Source: Octopus vulgaris (Eukaryota). Taken from it: a DNA stretch of 64,000 nt. The notes under the pieces were generated by a model. The model had not been told where the DNA came from. It worked only from the letters and a program-made list of their open reading frames with translations, and ran no database searches. The translations under genes were made by a program, and so were the position numbers. Of this stretch, positions 1 through 13,968 are shown piece after piece. The DNA is taken from assembly GCA_951406725.2 (NCBI GenBank), contig OX597819.1, forward strand, positions 11,594,001-11,658,000. The letters run 5' to 3'. How positions within the stretch are numbered: the first letter of the stretch is position 1; every line of letters begins with the position of its first letter.

Positions 1-104
1 ATCGCTGGTCACAATGCGCTTTAGCTTTCGAATGATGCCGCCACACTGGGTTTGTAAAAGATGGATGTTGTGTGGTGAAGTTATCAAAGAAAACAGAAGG
101 AAAC

Positions 105-437
<333 letters not shown>

Positions 438-654
438 AGTAACAGGATCCATTAGAATCAAGGTATATCAACAAGTAGGACGCCTGAAATGGCTAGGTAC
501 TTAACATAGAGCTCACAGTACGTTAAAGCAATTCATAGTTGCATTTGTTGGTAGTAGTCTGTAAGTATATACATACACACTCTCTCTCTCTCTCACACAC
601 ACACATCTATCTATTTATCTATCTATCTATCTATTTATCTACCTATCTCTATTT

Positions 655-691
<37 letters not shown>

Positions 692-1225
692 CATACATAT
701 ATACATACATACATACATACATACATGCATCTATTTATCTATCTATATATACACACACGCACACACACAATCATATACATATACTCGTAGGTGCCATTGT
801 TTCACCATGTTGGTAAACTGGTCATCTGCTGTTTCTACCTTACATTACCTTGTTTATGTGCTTAATATTTACCAGATGATGAAACTAATATCGAAGATGG
901 TCGATGTAACATTCAATGCAGAGTGGAGTAAAAGCGATCTGCTACAAGCTGAGAGAAGTTGTATGGGTACAGTCGTTAGAATAACGACTGTCTGTAGTGG
1001 AGTGGAATCGGTGAGCGAGTAAAAATTTGAGCATCACAGCAACTACGAGGCGAAGTTTGGTTATTATGGTCCATTGTTGTAGCTGTAGCCATTCCAGGAA
1101 AATAGCAATGGAACTCTCTGGAAAAAAGTGGATCAGTTAAAAATTAAGTCGAGTAATGCGGGGTGAAGCCGTGTCGAAAGACTAGATTCGAGTTGCAATG
1201 CAATAGTTTATAAAAGGAACTGTGG

Positions 1226-1720
1226 AGGGATCGTAGAGATTCGAAACCAACAATATCAATACCAACAATACGAACGAATATAACTGTAACAGTTATTACA
1301 GCGGGGAAGGGGTCCTGAATGGGGTTGCTTGAACTACAAGACATAGCAGCCAAATTTCTCTTCAATTACACACCGTAATGTCTTGAGAATAGGGATCGTA
1401 GAGATTCGAAACCAACAATATCAATACCAAGAATACGAACGAATATAACTGTAACAGTTATTACAGCGGGGAAGGGGTCCTCAATGGGGTTGCTTGAACT
1501 ACAAGACATAGCAGCCAAATTTCTCTTCAATTACACACCGTAATGTCTTGAGAATAGGGATCGTAGAGATTCGAAACCAACAATATCAATACCAAGAATA
1601 CGAACGAATATAACTGTAACAGTTATTACAGCGGGGAAGGGGTCCTGAATGGGGTTGCTTGAACTACAAGACATAGAAGCCAAATTTCTCTTCAATTACA
1701 CACCGTAATGTCTTGAGAAT
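1226..1720. repeat. 165-bp unit tandem triplication
   Basis: Units start with agggatcgtagagattcg at 1226, 1391 and 1556 and differ by only a few substitutions. Confidence 0.95.
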
Positions 1721-2149
1721 AGATAAGAAACTTTGAAATATTGCAGCCGTAATTACGCTGTAAATGAAAGCAAAACTGGATGGTCACAACTGGATAATAA
1801 TTTATTTATAGCCTTTTTTATCGTTCTGGGGCTAAACAAAAATACCATCATCAGAATAAAAAAAGCGTCCAGTATAACAACAACAATGAGAACGTAAATA
1901 AAATAATATAACCGATGATATCAACAACGATAACAACAGCAACAAGACGAGTTAATGCAACATCGACAACAACAGCAGCGGCAAGACAATAATGCATGAA
2001 TCACATAGAAACGACAACAACAACAATAGTATCAATCACAACAACAACACCATCAACAATAGGAATAATAAAAGTGCCTGAATCACATAGAAATAGCAAC
2101 AACAAGGACAACAACATCAACAACAGACACAGCAGAACGTTACGTGTTG

Positions 2150-2256
2150 GCCGCAAAATGGCGTCCGAACGAGCGTTAATGTCGTCTGCAAGTCGGCAGA
2201 GAAGAGTTTCAGTGAAAGCTATCAGGGTGTAACGATCAAACACGCCACCTGGTGGC
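2150..2256. promoter_or_regulatory. Candidate YY1-like (CAAAATGGCG) and CTCF-like (CCACCAGGTGGCG on minus) motifs in a CpG-rich patch
   Basis: Motif matches at 2154-2163 and 2243-2256 in non-repetitive sequence; function not shown. Confidence 0.35.
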
Positions 2257-2424
2257 AATAGTATCCGCAGCCGGGTGTGGGTGACACATTGGTGGGTAAT
2301 CCTCCCACAGCTCCAGCTCCACCCCCTCTCTTTGTGTGTGTGTGTGTGTGTGTGTCTCTCTCTTTTCTTAGAAATTCTTCACACAACGCCCCCGCCGCCC
2401 AACCTGCTTACACCACCCAGTGTG

Positions 2425-2530
2425 CTATCATCATCATTATCATCGTTACTACTACTACTACTACTACTACTACTATTATCATTATTGTTACTACTATTAT
2501 TATTATTACTATTATCATTATTATTATTAC

Positions 2531-2569
<39 letters not shown>

Positions 2570-2587
2570 TACTACTACTACTACTAC

Positions 2588-2641
<54 letters not shown>

Positions 2642-2684
2642 TACTACTACTACTACTATCATTATTATTATTATTACTATTATT
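2425..2684. repeat. (ATT)n/(ACT)n compound microsatellite
   Basis: Direct reading. Confidence 0.95.
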
Positions 2685-3429
2685 GCTGTTGTTCTTCCTA
2701 TTGTTGTGGAATGCTGCTAACAGCATCGCTGTTTTTATTGTTGTTATTGTGACGAGGTGTGTGGGAGTGAGGAGAGAATGGGGTGGGGATAATGTCTTAT
2801 GGTGAGGCTTTTGATTCTTTATTATTGTTTTTGCTTTTGTTTTTGTTTTATCACTGTTTTTCCTTTGTAAGAAGTTTTATTGTTGTTGCTGTAGTGATTG
2901 TCTCGGTGAGAGTGGAATTGATAGGGGGCCCCTTTGAGGTCCATGTCCACGCCCTTTTTTATCTCTAGTTTTAAGCATTTCTATTTTCAAACCTTCTTGG
3001 TCTGCTTGATAGAAATATTTACTGGTTGACGTGGAATGGTAGACTCATAAGAGTGATGCACAAAATGGCGGAAGATCGATCGAGTTTCTAAACCAACACA
3101 TAATCCACCTCGCGCTCTTGATATACATTTCTTTTGTTTTTTTTTCGATTTTGTTCTTCGTCATCCTGGGGTCGATGAATTGAATAAAACTGTCAAGCAC
3201 TAACGTCGATATGAGTGATATGACCACTATATATGGCCCACTATATATGACCGCTATGACCACTACCTGTACTGTCTTTAGGCATAGGTACACTGGACAT
3301 TACTGGGGGTCCTCACTGGTCCACCAGTGTTAATTTATCTATCCTGTATTGCAGCACTTCTTAAACTCTTTTCATTCGTGACACCATTTTTCATCACGGG
3401 ATTTTTCGTGACCCCAGGTATCAAACATA

Positions 3430-3752
3430 GGAGCACTCCGTCGGTTACGACGACGAGGGTCCCAGCTGATACGATGAACGGAACAACTTGCTCGTGAAAT
3501 TAACAAGCAAGTGGTTGAACATTCCAAAGACACGCGTACCCTTAACATAGTTCTCAGAGAGATTCAGCGTGACACAGAGCGTAACAAGGCTGGCCCTTTG
3601 AAATACAGGTACAACTCATTTTTGCCAGCTGAGTGGACTGGAGCAACGTGAAATAAAGTATCTTGCTCAAGGACACAACGCGTCGCCGGGAATTGAACTC
3701 ACGACCTTACAATCGTGAGCCGAATGCCCTAACCACTAAGCCACGTGCCCTC
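3430..3752 (-). mobile_element. tRNA-headed SINE, family A2
   Basis: Minus-strand head with A-box TGGCTTAGTGG and B-box GAGTTCAATTCC; 3' body shared with family A. Confidence 0.85.
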
Positions 3753-3920
3753 ATATGTAATATGAAATAAAAAAAATACAAATAAATACATAAAACATTT
3801 ATTTATTTATTTATTTTGCTGAACAATATACGTATAAAAAATATTTTTTGTCAAAATAAAAGTAGTTTTAGTATTTTATGGTTTATTATTGTCTATATCT
3901 TGAATTACATCTATAGACGC

Positions 3921-4308
<388 letters not shown>

Positions 4309-4315
4309 ATGTATA

Positions 4316-4698
4316 AGCGCAGGAGTGGCTGTGTGGTAAGAAGTTTGTTTCCCAACCACATGGTTCTGGGTTCAGTCCAACTGCGTGACACCTTGCGCAA
4401 GTGTCTTCTACTTTAGCCTCAGGTCGACAATTGCCTTGTGAGTGGATTTGGGAACCGAGACTGAAAGAAGCCTGTCGTATATATATATGTATGTATCTCT
4501 GTGTCTGTGTTTTTCCCCTTCCATCGCTTGACAACCGATGTTGGTGCATTTAAGTCCCCGTAACCTAGCGGTGCGGTTTAAAGAGACCGATAGAATAAGT
4601 ACTAGGCTTACAAAGAATAAGCCCTGGGGTCGATTTGTTCAATTAAAGGCGGTGCTCCAGCATGACCGCAGTCAAATGACCGAAACAAGTAAAAGAGT
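4316..4698 (+). mobile_element. tRNA-headed SINE, family B
   Basis: Head gcgcaggagtggctgtgtggtaag...ggttcagtcc; tail ggcggtgctccagcatg...gaaacaagtaaaagag; about nine copies in the window. Confidence 0.9.
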
Positions 4699-5034
4699 AT
4701 ATGAGGGTACCTAAATTTTTTTCAGTGCTTAGAGCCCCTATGGTTTCAATCCGCCCCGGTTACTAACCACAGTACTTGATTCGTGTTTTGCTTATTGACC
4801 CCGGAGGAATGTTAGGTAATGTTGGTCTCAACAGGATTTCAACGTAAACAGTAATAACTAATACTGCAAAGAAAAATTTTCCGACGCCCTAAAATAATTG
4901 TTTTTGATTGAGGCAGGAGGCCAGAAATTTTTAAAGGAAGGGATCTGACGATGCTTTCGACCTCAGAGAAGAGAAAGACGAAGCTGACTCCGGTGGAATC
5001 AAAATGCAAAGAGTTGGAATATCAACTAGAAATA

Positions 5035-5250
5035 ATCCTTACTACTGGAAGCACAAAGCCTCAAATTAGGGGTAAGGGATTAAGTTGATTACATCGACCC
5101 CCAGTGCGTGACTGGTACTAATTTTATCGACCTCGAAAGGATGAAAGGCAAAGTCAACCTCGACGCAATTTGAACTTAGAACGTAACGGCGGACGAAATA
5201 CTGCTAAGCATTTCGCCCGGCGTTCTAACGATTCTGCCAGCTCGACACCT
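5035..5250 (-). mobile_element. SINE family C (Nin/Deu-domain-like core)
   Basis: Minus-strand gagctggcagaatcgttag...gttcaaatt...gcctttcatcctttcg...agtaccag. Confidence 0.85.
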
Positions 5251-5251
5251 A

Positions 5252-5289
<38 letters not shown>

Positions 5290-5374
5290 TAATAATAATA
5301 ATAATAATAATAACAATAATAATAATAATGATAATAATAATAATAATAATAATAATAGTAATGATAATATTAAT

Positions 5375-5427
<53 letters not shown>

Positions 5428-5443
5428 TGACGATAATAATGAC

Positions 5444-5505
<62 letters not shown>

Positions 5506-5745
5506 TGATGATAATAATGACAATAATAATAATAATAATAATAAAAATAATAATAATATTAATAATAACAACGACGACGATAACAACAACAGCAATTAAC
5601 AACAGCAGCAGGAATAACTACAACAATAACACAACTTACTAGAATAACGATAAGGAAACCAAAAACTAACAACGTAAACAACAATAACAAGAAGACCACA
5701 AACAACAACAACAGCAACAACAACAGCAACAACAACAACAGCAAC
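5252..5745. repeat. (AAT)n grading into (AAC)n microsatellite
   Basis: Direct reading. Confidence 0.95.
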
Positions 5746-5814
5746 ACCTCTGAAGTGTTTCTATTTCATGTTCTTCACTATTTTTAAACATTATTTACTG
5801 ACATTTAAACATAT

Positions 5815-5818
5815 GGTG

Positions 5819-5852
<34 letters not shown>

Positions 5853-6390
5853 AGTTTGTGTGTGTGTTAAACATATGGTATATGTGTGTGCATGAGTCTG
5901 TGTGTGTGTGCATTAGAGTGTGTGCGTGTGCACGAGTAGGTGTGTGTATGTGTGTGTGCATGGGTGTGTCTATGTGCATGAGTATGTGTGCATGAGTGTG
6001 TGTGTGTGCATTAGAGTGTGTACTTGTGCACGAGTAGGTGTGTGTATGTGTGTATGCATGGGTGTGTGTATGTGCATGAGTATGTGTGCATGAGTGTGTG
6101 GGTGTGTGTGTGTGTGCATTAGAGTGTGTGCGTGTGCACGAGTAGGTGTGTGCATGGGTGTGTGTATGTGCATGAGTATGTGTGCATGAGGGTGTGTGTA
6201 TGCATGCATATGGATGTGTATGTGTGTCTAAGCATGCATGTGTATGTGCATGCCTGTATGAATGTGTATGTATGTGTATGTGTGTGTATGTGTGTGTATG
6301 CATGCGTGTGTATGTCTATGTCTATGTCCATGAGCGTGTGTGCATGTGTGTGTGTGCATGAGTGTGTGTGTGTGTGTATGTGTGTGTTTG
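5815..6390. repeat. (TG)n-derived tract with a ~100-bp higher-order unit x3
   Basis: cattagagtgtg recurs at 5911, 6009 and 6117, each followed by gtgcacgagtaggtg. Confidence 0.85.
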
Positions 6391-6464
6391 TGGGGGGGTA
6401 GAAACAATGTTGAAGTTTATTGTAATGTTCTTCACTCTGTTTCACAGCCAAAGATATTCAACCG

Positions 6465-6780
6465 GCGCCACCACCGATACCACCATCACACCACCACCAG
6501 CGTCCTCACCATCACCACCATCTCCAGCGCCATCACCGCCACTTCCGTCAACACCACCATCATATCAGCATTGCTGCTATCACACCCACGTCAATTACTT
6601 CTACCACCACCACCACCACCATCACAGTAATCACTTCCACCACCACCACCACCACCGCTGCCACTTCCACACCACTACAGCCAAGGACTACCACCACCAC
6701 TACCACCATCACTACAATCACTACCACCACCACCACCACCACCACCACCACTGCCATCACCGTCACTAGCACCACCATCA
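6465..6780. repeat. (CAC)n-rich low-complexity tract
   Basis: Direct reading. Confidence 0.85.
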
Positions 6781-7107
6781 GTGTATTCTCCTGTTACAAT
6801 ATGGAGAGAATTGTTCCACGTTTCCTCACAGACATCCTTGGGGATTTTCAAAGAAATCGCGTGGATTGATCTTGGAATCTGCTGACTCAACTGCCTCACC
6901 CCACACCCTCCAACACGGCCTACCCCGCTCCCCCTGCATTCTTTCTTATCATTTACCTTTAACTTACACTTTCACCCCTCTGCAAACCCCACCACCAACA
7001 CCACCACCACCACCACCGCGACACATGCACATTCTTCAGTTCTTTGTCTTAGCCAAGTGCTATGGCTACATACACACATACATACAAACCTATACATATA
7101 TATATAT

Positions 7108-7512
7108 CTTTTACTCTTTTACTTGTTTCAGTCATTTGTCTGCGGCCATGCTGGAGCACCGCCTTTAGTCGAGCAAATCGACCCCGGGACTTATTCTTTG
7201 TAAGCCCAGTACTTATTCTATCGGTCTCTTTGCCGAACCGCTAAGTGACGGGGACGTAAACACACCAGCATCGGTTGTCAAGCAATGCTAGAGGGACAAA
7301 CACAGACACACAAACATATACATACACATACATATATATATACACGTATATACGACAAGCTTCTTTCAGTTTCCGTCTACCAAATCCACTCACAAGGCAT
7401 TGGTTGGCCCGGGGCTATAGCAGAAGGCATTTGCCCAAGATGCCACGTTGTGGGACTGAACCCAGAACCATGTGGCTGGTTAGCAAGCTACTTACCACAC
7501 AGCCACTCCTGT
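7108..7512 (-). mobile_element. SINE family B
   Basis: Reverse complement of the 4316-4698 type, with internal CA/TA tract. Confidence 0.9.
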
Positions 7513-7523
7513 ATATATATGTA

Positions 7524-7761
7524 TATAATTTAGAGAAAAACCTCTATTAAACAATTCAATAAATAAAGATGTTATTCACACCATATACAAAACATATATA
7601 ATTTTAAAAACTTCTAATAATCAATAAAGTACAATAAATATTAAATTTTTACTGTATTGATTTTTAGAATAAGGTTTTTTCTATAGTATATGTTTTCTAT
7701 AAGGTGTGAATAACATCTTTCTTTATTGAATTGTTTAATAGTGGTTTTTCTCTAAATTATA
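7524..7761. repeat. ~240-bp imperfect fold-back element
   Basis: ataatttagagaaaaacctctattaaacaattcaat... is mirrored by ...attgaattgtttaatagtggtttttctctaaattat. Confidence 0.85.
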
Positions 7762-7836
7762 AACATATATATTGTGAAATTTGATTTAAAATTATTAAAT
7801 TGAATTTTTCCTTGTAAGTTTTGGAATTATATTCCC

Positions 7837-7907
<71 letters not shown>

Positions 7908-7961
7908 TATGTATATATATATACACACAAAACGTTATACACATATATACACCTATATGTA

Positions 7962-8035
<74 letters not shown>

Positions 8036-8420
8036 CTAGCAGTATCGCCCGGCGTTGCTCAGGTTTGTAAGGGAAATAACTATAAAGCATTTTTAGAGAG
8101 TTATAGCCAAAAAATAGCAAAAAAATGGGGAAAAAATGATGGTAAATTTTTTTTTTGAGAGTTAAAAAAGGTGGAGTTGCGTCCCCTAGACGGTCTGTGG
8201 TTTGGGTTTCTGATTCTCGACCCCATGTCGAATTTATCAATTTTTTCAGAACTGGGGGAACTTTTCAAAATTTTCGCTGCGTTAGTTTTGAATTATGACA
8301 TTGGGCTATGTGTGTGTCAAGTTTCATCAGAATCGGTTGAAAGCCGTGGTCAGGGTGAGGGTACGAGAAAACAGACACACAGAAAACGCACAGACAAACT
8401 GCCGTTTATATAGAGAGAGA
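8036..8420 (-). mobile_element. Non-autonomous Helitron
   Basis: Minus strand starts TC(TC)..tatataaacggc and ends with hairpin cctgagcaacgccggg then gatactgCTAG; A|T target. Confidence 0.8.
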
Positions 8421-8424
8421 TATA

Positions 8425-8706
8425 CAACTTCTTTTCCTCAACAGGCCCTGCCCTATTTAACATTGTCCCGAAAGAGATCAAAGAGGAAAAGGATCCCATC
8501 AACTTTAAACGGAGTCTGGATAGATTCCTTCAAAGAATACCAGATAAGCCACCCATAATTGGATACAACTCACCCAACAAAAACCCACTACTTGAATGGA
8601 CCATAAACAAAACTTGACTTAAACAGGATTCAAATAATCCTATCAGGTGGTGCTATTAAGTTAGACATGACCTGGACCAATCTTTGGTCGTAACATATCT
8701 AAGTTT
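8425..8706 (+). mobile_element. 3' end of CR1-group LINE (5'-truncated)
   Basis: Near-identical to 35905-36197, which translates as ...LFNIVPKEIKEEQDPINFKRSLD..PDKP, a typical LINE ORF2 C-terminus. Confidence 0.7.
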
Positions 8707-8781
<75 letters not shown>

Positions 8782-8787
8782 TGTATA

Positions 8788-9293
8788 TCTATATATATAA
8801 AACTCTAGTTGTGTGAGTGTCTGTCCCCATCCATTTAGATTCCTAACTCCTTCCACATTTTGCGGTGCAGTTTAACCAAATTCGGGTATCTTATAGTCGT
8901 GATTCATATCGAGCCCGTCTGGCTATTAGCGCGCGTCAACGATGAGTCTACGATTTTAAAGATAATTTAACATCATTTTTTATTCCATTTTAATGCATAA
9001 AAAGCATCGTATGTCGATGGCGGCGGAGTTGGCGTCCACGCTCACAGCTGCACCTGTTTGCATCTCCCCCTTCCCTCCCTCGTGAAGCTGTAGGGAAGGG
9101 AGTGTAAAGAAATCAACGTCGTAATGCGTTGTGAAGGAAACCAGCGTTCTTTTAGAACAACGACTTCATGGCTTGAAGACACCAAAACAAAAATGGCTAA
9201 GAAAAGCCCGAATTTATAAGGGAAGTAACTCTCTAAAAATGCTTATATAGTTATTTCCCTTACAAACCCGAGCAACGCCGGACGATACTGCTA

Positions 9294-9294
<1 letters not shown>
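8788..9294 (+). mobile_element. Non-autonomous Helitron
   Basis: 5' TCtatatatataaaac; 3' cccgagcaacgccgga hairpin then CTAG|T. Confidence 0.85.
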
Positions 9295-9355
<61 letters not shown>

Positions 9356-9619
9356 TAGAAAAAAACATCTTTTATCGATTCAAAATGAAAAACTAAATTA
9401 CAGCATCTAGAAAATTACATATAATAGAAATATCAAATATAAGATCAAAATAATAAACCGATGATTAAGTAAGGTGCAAAATAATAAATAAAACGTATAT
9501 ATTTGGTATATACCAAATATAATACATATGCATATTACATTTACAGATAAATCCCTCTATTTACATAATATCGAGGTCTCTTTCATTATGTTGTCTTACC
9601 ATTACTATCAATATATATA

Positions 9620-9651
<32 letters not shown>

Positions 9652-10040
9652 CTAGTTTCAGCTTATGAGCTGTGGCCATGCTGGAGCACCGCCATTTGGT
9701 GTTGCTACTTGGTTTCACTTCATGGAGGCTTTCTAGCAACTGCTATTTGGTGCATGAGAGAGTTCGATGCAGCTGCCCTCATCTGCCCCTCCTGCCGTGA
9801 AGTTGGTTCATCTGGGACACCTGACAGGAAGAGATCCAGCTTCATTTTAAAGACATCTGTATCCACCCCATGCAGGTCTCTCAGGTTCTTCGGGAGGATA
9901 TTGAAGAGCTGTGGGCCTCGGAAGCCCAGGCTATCACAGAATCTTGTCCTACATCTTGATGGCAGGTTTGGAGTCCTAGGCACCACGCAGTGGCGCCCAG
10001 TTCTGGCATTTGCGTAACTCTCGATGCCAAAGTTCAGGAC
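9620..10040 (-). mobile_element. 3' end of CR1-group LINE with (CAAT)n tail
   Basis: Peptide RTGRHCVVP...SLGFRGPQLFNILPKNLRDL..DVFKMKLDLFLSGVPDEP, then a 3' UTR stem-loop and tandem tail. Confidence 0.8.
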
Positions 10041-10068
10041 ATATATATATATATATATATATTTGGTA

Positions 10069-10110
<42 letters not shown>

Positions 10111-10332
10111 GTATTTATGTATATATATATATTGGTAAAAACGTTAAGATAACAAAAGAAAGAAAGAGATCTCAATATTATGTAAATAGAGGAAATTTAT
10201 CTGTAAAATAAATATATATCCTCCTTCTTCCCTTCTTTCCTGAGCGTCCAATAATACTTTATTTGTTCCACGTCCTCGCGTTGTTGTGGGTTTTTTTGGG
10301 GGGTTTTTTTGTGTTTTCTTGTTTGGATTAAC

Positions 10333-10439
<107 letters not shown>

Positions 10440-10518
10440 GTATATATGTATATGTATATATGTATATATATATATACATATATATATGTATATATATATG
10501 TATATATATATATGTATA

Positions 10519-10559
<41 letters not shown>

Positions 10560-10560
10560 G

Positions 10561-10695
<135 letters not shown>

Positions 10696-10697
10696 AC

Positions 10698-10877
10698 TAT
10701 AGATTATAGATAGGTATTCTCTGTATAGAATATATCTCGTAGTGCTCAAGAGATTTGAACTTGAGCAGGTAGAGGAGTAAATCTAAGGAAAAGCAATTCA
10801 GGCAAGTTGATATAAAAAAAAAATATATATGTATATATATACTCATATCAATATCTATATATTCTCATATATATATG

Positions 10878-10926
<49 letters not shown>

Positions 10927-11102
10927 CATATATATATGAGAATATATAGATATTGATATGAGTATATATATACATATATATTTTTTTTTATATCAACTTG
11001 CCTGAATTGCTTTTCCTTAGATTTCCTCTACCTGCTTAAGTTCAAATCTCTTGAGCACTACGAGATATATTCTATACAGAGAATACCTATCTATAATCTA
11101 TA
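10698..11102. repeat. ~180-bp-arm inverted repeat centred on (TA)n
   Basis: Arms 10698-10879 and 10925-11102 are near-perfect reverse complements; the ORF start [17 protein letters not shown] appears on both strands. Confidence 0.93.
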
Positions 11103-11106
11103 AGCT

Positions 11107-11383
<277 letters not shown>

Positions 11384-11512
11384 TAAAAAGAATTCCAACC
11401 TTGTCTGATTTTCACGTTTTATTTACAATCTTATAATGATATATTATAAGATAATATATTATAATTGAATAAAATAAAATGAAATAGTAGAATGTTAAAT
11501 ATTCATTCTGAT

Positions 11513-11557
11513 TGAACTAGTACTTTCATGCATTGAATTCTGCAATCTTCGGGTTCA
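11513..11557 (-). ncRNA. Minimal type I hammerhead ribozyme motif
   Basis: tgaac-CCGAAGA-ttgcagaattcaatgcat-GAAA-gtac-TA-gttca: 5-bp stem I, stem II, palindromic GTAC loop. Confidence 0.75.
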
Positions 11558-12051
11558 TGTAGTAGTGTTGACAGTCATGCTTCACAATTTTTGACTGTAG
11601 CAAGATGAGTGATTCTGTGCTATAAATACAGCTGGGTAGGCTCCAGAGTGCTAGGTTTTGCAAACTGTATTCTGACCAATCAGTGTGTAGTATCACTCAA
11701 TTACTTAAGCTGATTGGTTGGTTGAGCTGATTGGTTTAGGCATCACGCTTTGTTGGACAGGTCAAGAGTCCTGTATCTTGACCCTGGCCGAAGCAGCAAT
11801 TGTTGGGTTATTTTTAGAAATGTTGTAAATATCTTTTGTCAGAGATTTTTATATTTTTATATTTCAATTGTCATCATCATCATTGTCAGCACCTTAATTA
11901 TTGTTGCTAGTGGTGATGGTGGTGGCAATAGAACTTTTAACCCTAAATAAGATAATTTTCCTGCTATCTTCGTCTTGATCACCTTTAGTATTGTTGTTGT
12001 TGTTAGTGGTCATGGTCGTAGCAGTGGAAGTAATACCTCTAAGTATTATTA

Positions 12052-12605
12052 TTATTGCTTATTTAGCTTGGGTTCGAATTTATCAATAAAATTCTTTTCT
12101 CTGATTTTCCTCTCGATTTCACTTGGGCTGTGTAATTTGTAGAATGGAAATATTATATATATTTTCCGACCACATGTTGCTAGGTGGTTACTCAAAGGTA
12201 TCTGACGGACCTCTGGGTCTCTAATCTGTTGCCGGTGTACACGTGAGCGTTCTAATAGTGCGTTTCCCGTCTGACCTACATATATTTCTTCACAATTTGG
12301 GCATTTGATGCAGTAAATTAAATTTCTGCTTTTGCAGTTCATATTCGCGTTTGTGAATATTTTCCCGGTTTTTGTGTTTATATATTGACCGGTATGTATG
12401 AATTGGCATGTGCCACATCGGCTATCATTGCATTTAGATACCGTGAATGTTTGGTCTTTGTTGCTGAGGTCAAATTTTGCCTTTGTTAGTAATGTTTTCA
12501 AGTTTTTAGGCTGTCTTTTACTAAGCACCATAGCTCGATCCTTGATTATGTCTTTTAATTCATTACTTTGGGCAATGATTGGTAGGTTTGCTTTGGCAAT
12601 GTTGA
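12052..12605 (-). pseudogene. GIY-YIG endonuclease domain of PLE ORF, 5'-truncated
   Basis: Open frame to the stop at 12052; the N-terminal part of the listed ORF is only (TA)n. Confidence 0.88.
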
Positions 12606-12625
12606 ATATATATATATATATATAC

Positions 12626-12656
<31 letters not shown>

Positions 12657-12673
12657 CATATATATATACATAT

Positions 12674-12879
<206 letters not shown>

Positions 12880-12880
12880 C

Positions 12881-13012
<132 letters not shown>

Positions 13013-13281
13013 GGGCCACTGCATCGGACACTTTGAACATATACTTCAAACTATATATCAACTATACATGAACTATATATCAACTATACATGAACTCTAA
13101 GATGTCTGACTCCGTTGTGTATTATAAATGAATTTCTTGTGTTTGACGGCATGAGCTGTCTTTTTTTATATATAACTTTTTTTGATAAGGTTCATTTCAG
13201 GAACTGAAACATGTTATAATGTATATATAAAAATTAAAAATTGTATAATACAGCAGCATTTTCGAACTTCATTTTTTACAA

Positions 13282-13357
<76 letters not shown>

Positions 13358-13436
13358 ATCTATCTATCTATCTCTCTATGTATATATGTATGTATGCATG
13401 TATGTTCGTATGCATTTATATATATATATATATATA

Positions 13437-13680
13437 TCACTTTGATCACTTTGACCGACCAGTCCGTCAGGCGTCCATTTGACACCGCTGGTCACAGCAC
13501 GCTGTCCACTCCTCTCTGGATCGCGCCTTTCTCATCCACGTGATCCCAATCGTCCTCTTGAAATCGTCACTCCACCGTCGTGGAGGTCTTCCGGGTGGTC
13601 TTTTCCGCTCACGCGGGTACCACTCGACAACTGCGTGCGTCCACCGATTATCTGTGAGCCGGGCGACGTGTCCAGCCCAT
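13437..13680 (-). mobile_element. RTE-clade LINE 3' fragment
   Basis: Minus strand encodes [40 protein letters not shown]; short tandem tail (caaagtgat). Confidence 0.85.
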
Positions 13681-13703
13681 CTATATATCTATACAGCAAG
13701 CAA

Positions 13704-13859
<156 letters not shown>

Positions 13860-13935
13860 ATAAGAAAAAGCAATAACGCGAGGATGTGGTACAAGTAGTG
13901 TATTATCAGATGCGCAGGAAAGGAAGAAACGAGGA

Positions 13936-13968
13936 TTTAACGTTTCGAGCCAAGCTCTTCTTCAGAAA
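13936..13968 (-). ncRNA. Minimal type I hammerhead motif
   Basis: ttt-CTGAAGA-agagcttggctc-GAAA-cg-TT-aaa inside a short module next to (TA)n. Confidence 0.65.

Noticed and set aside
1226-1720. CRISPR-like array
   Set aside because: No unique spacers, eukaryotic context and no cas genes.
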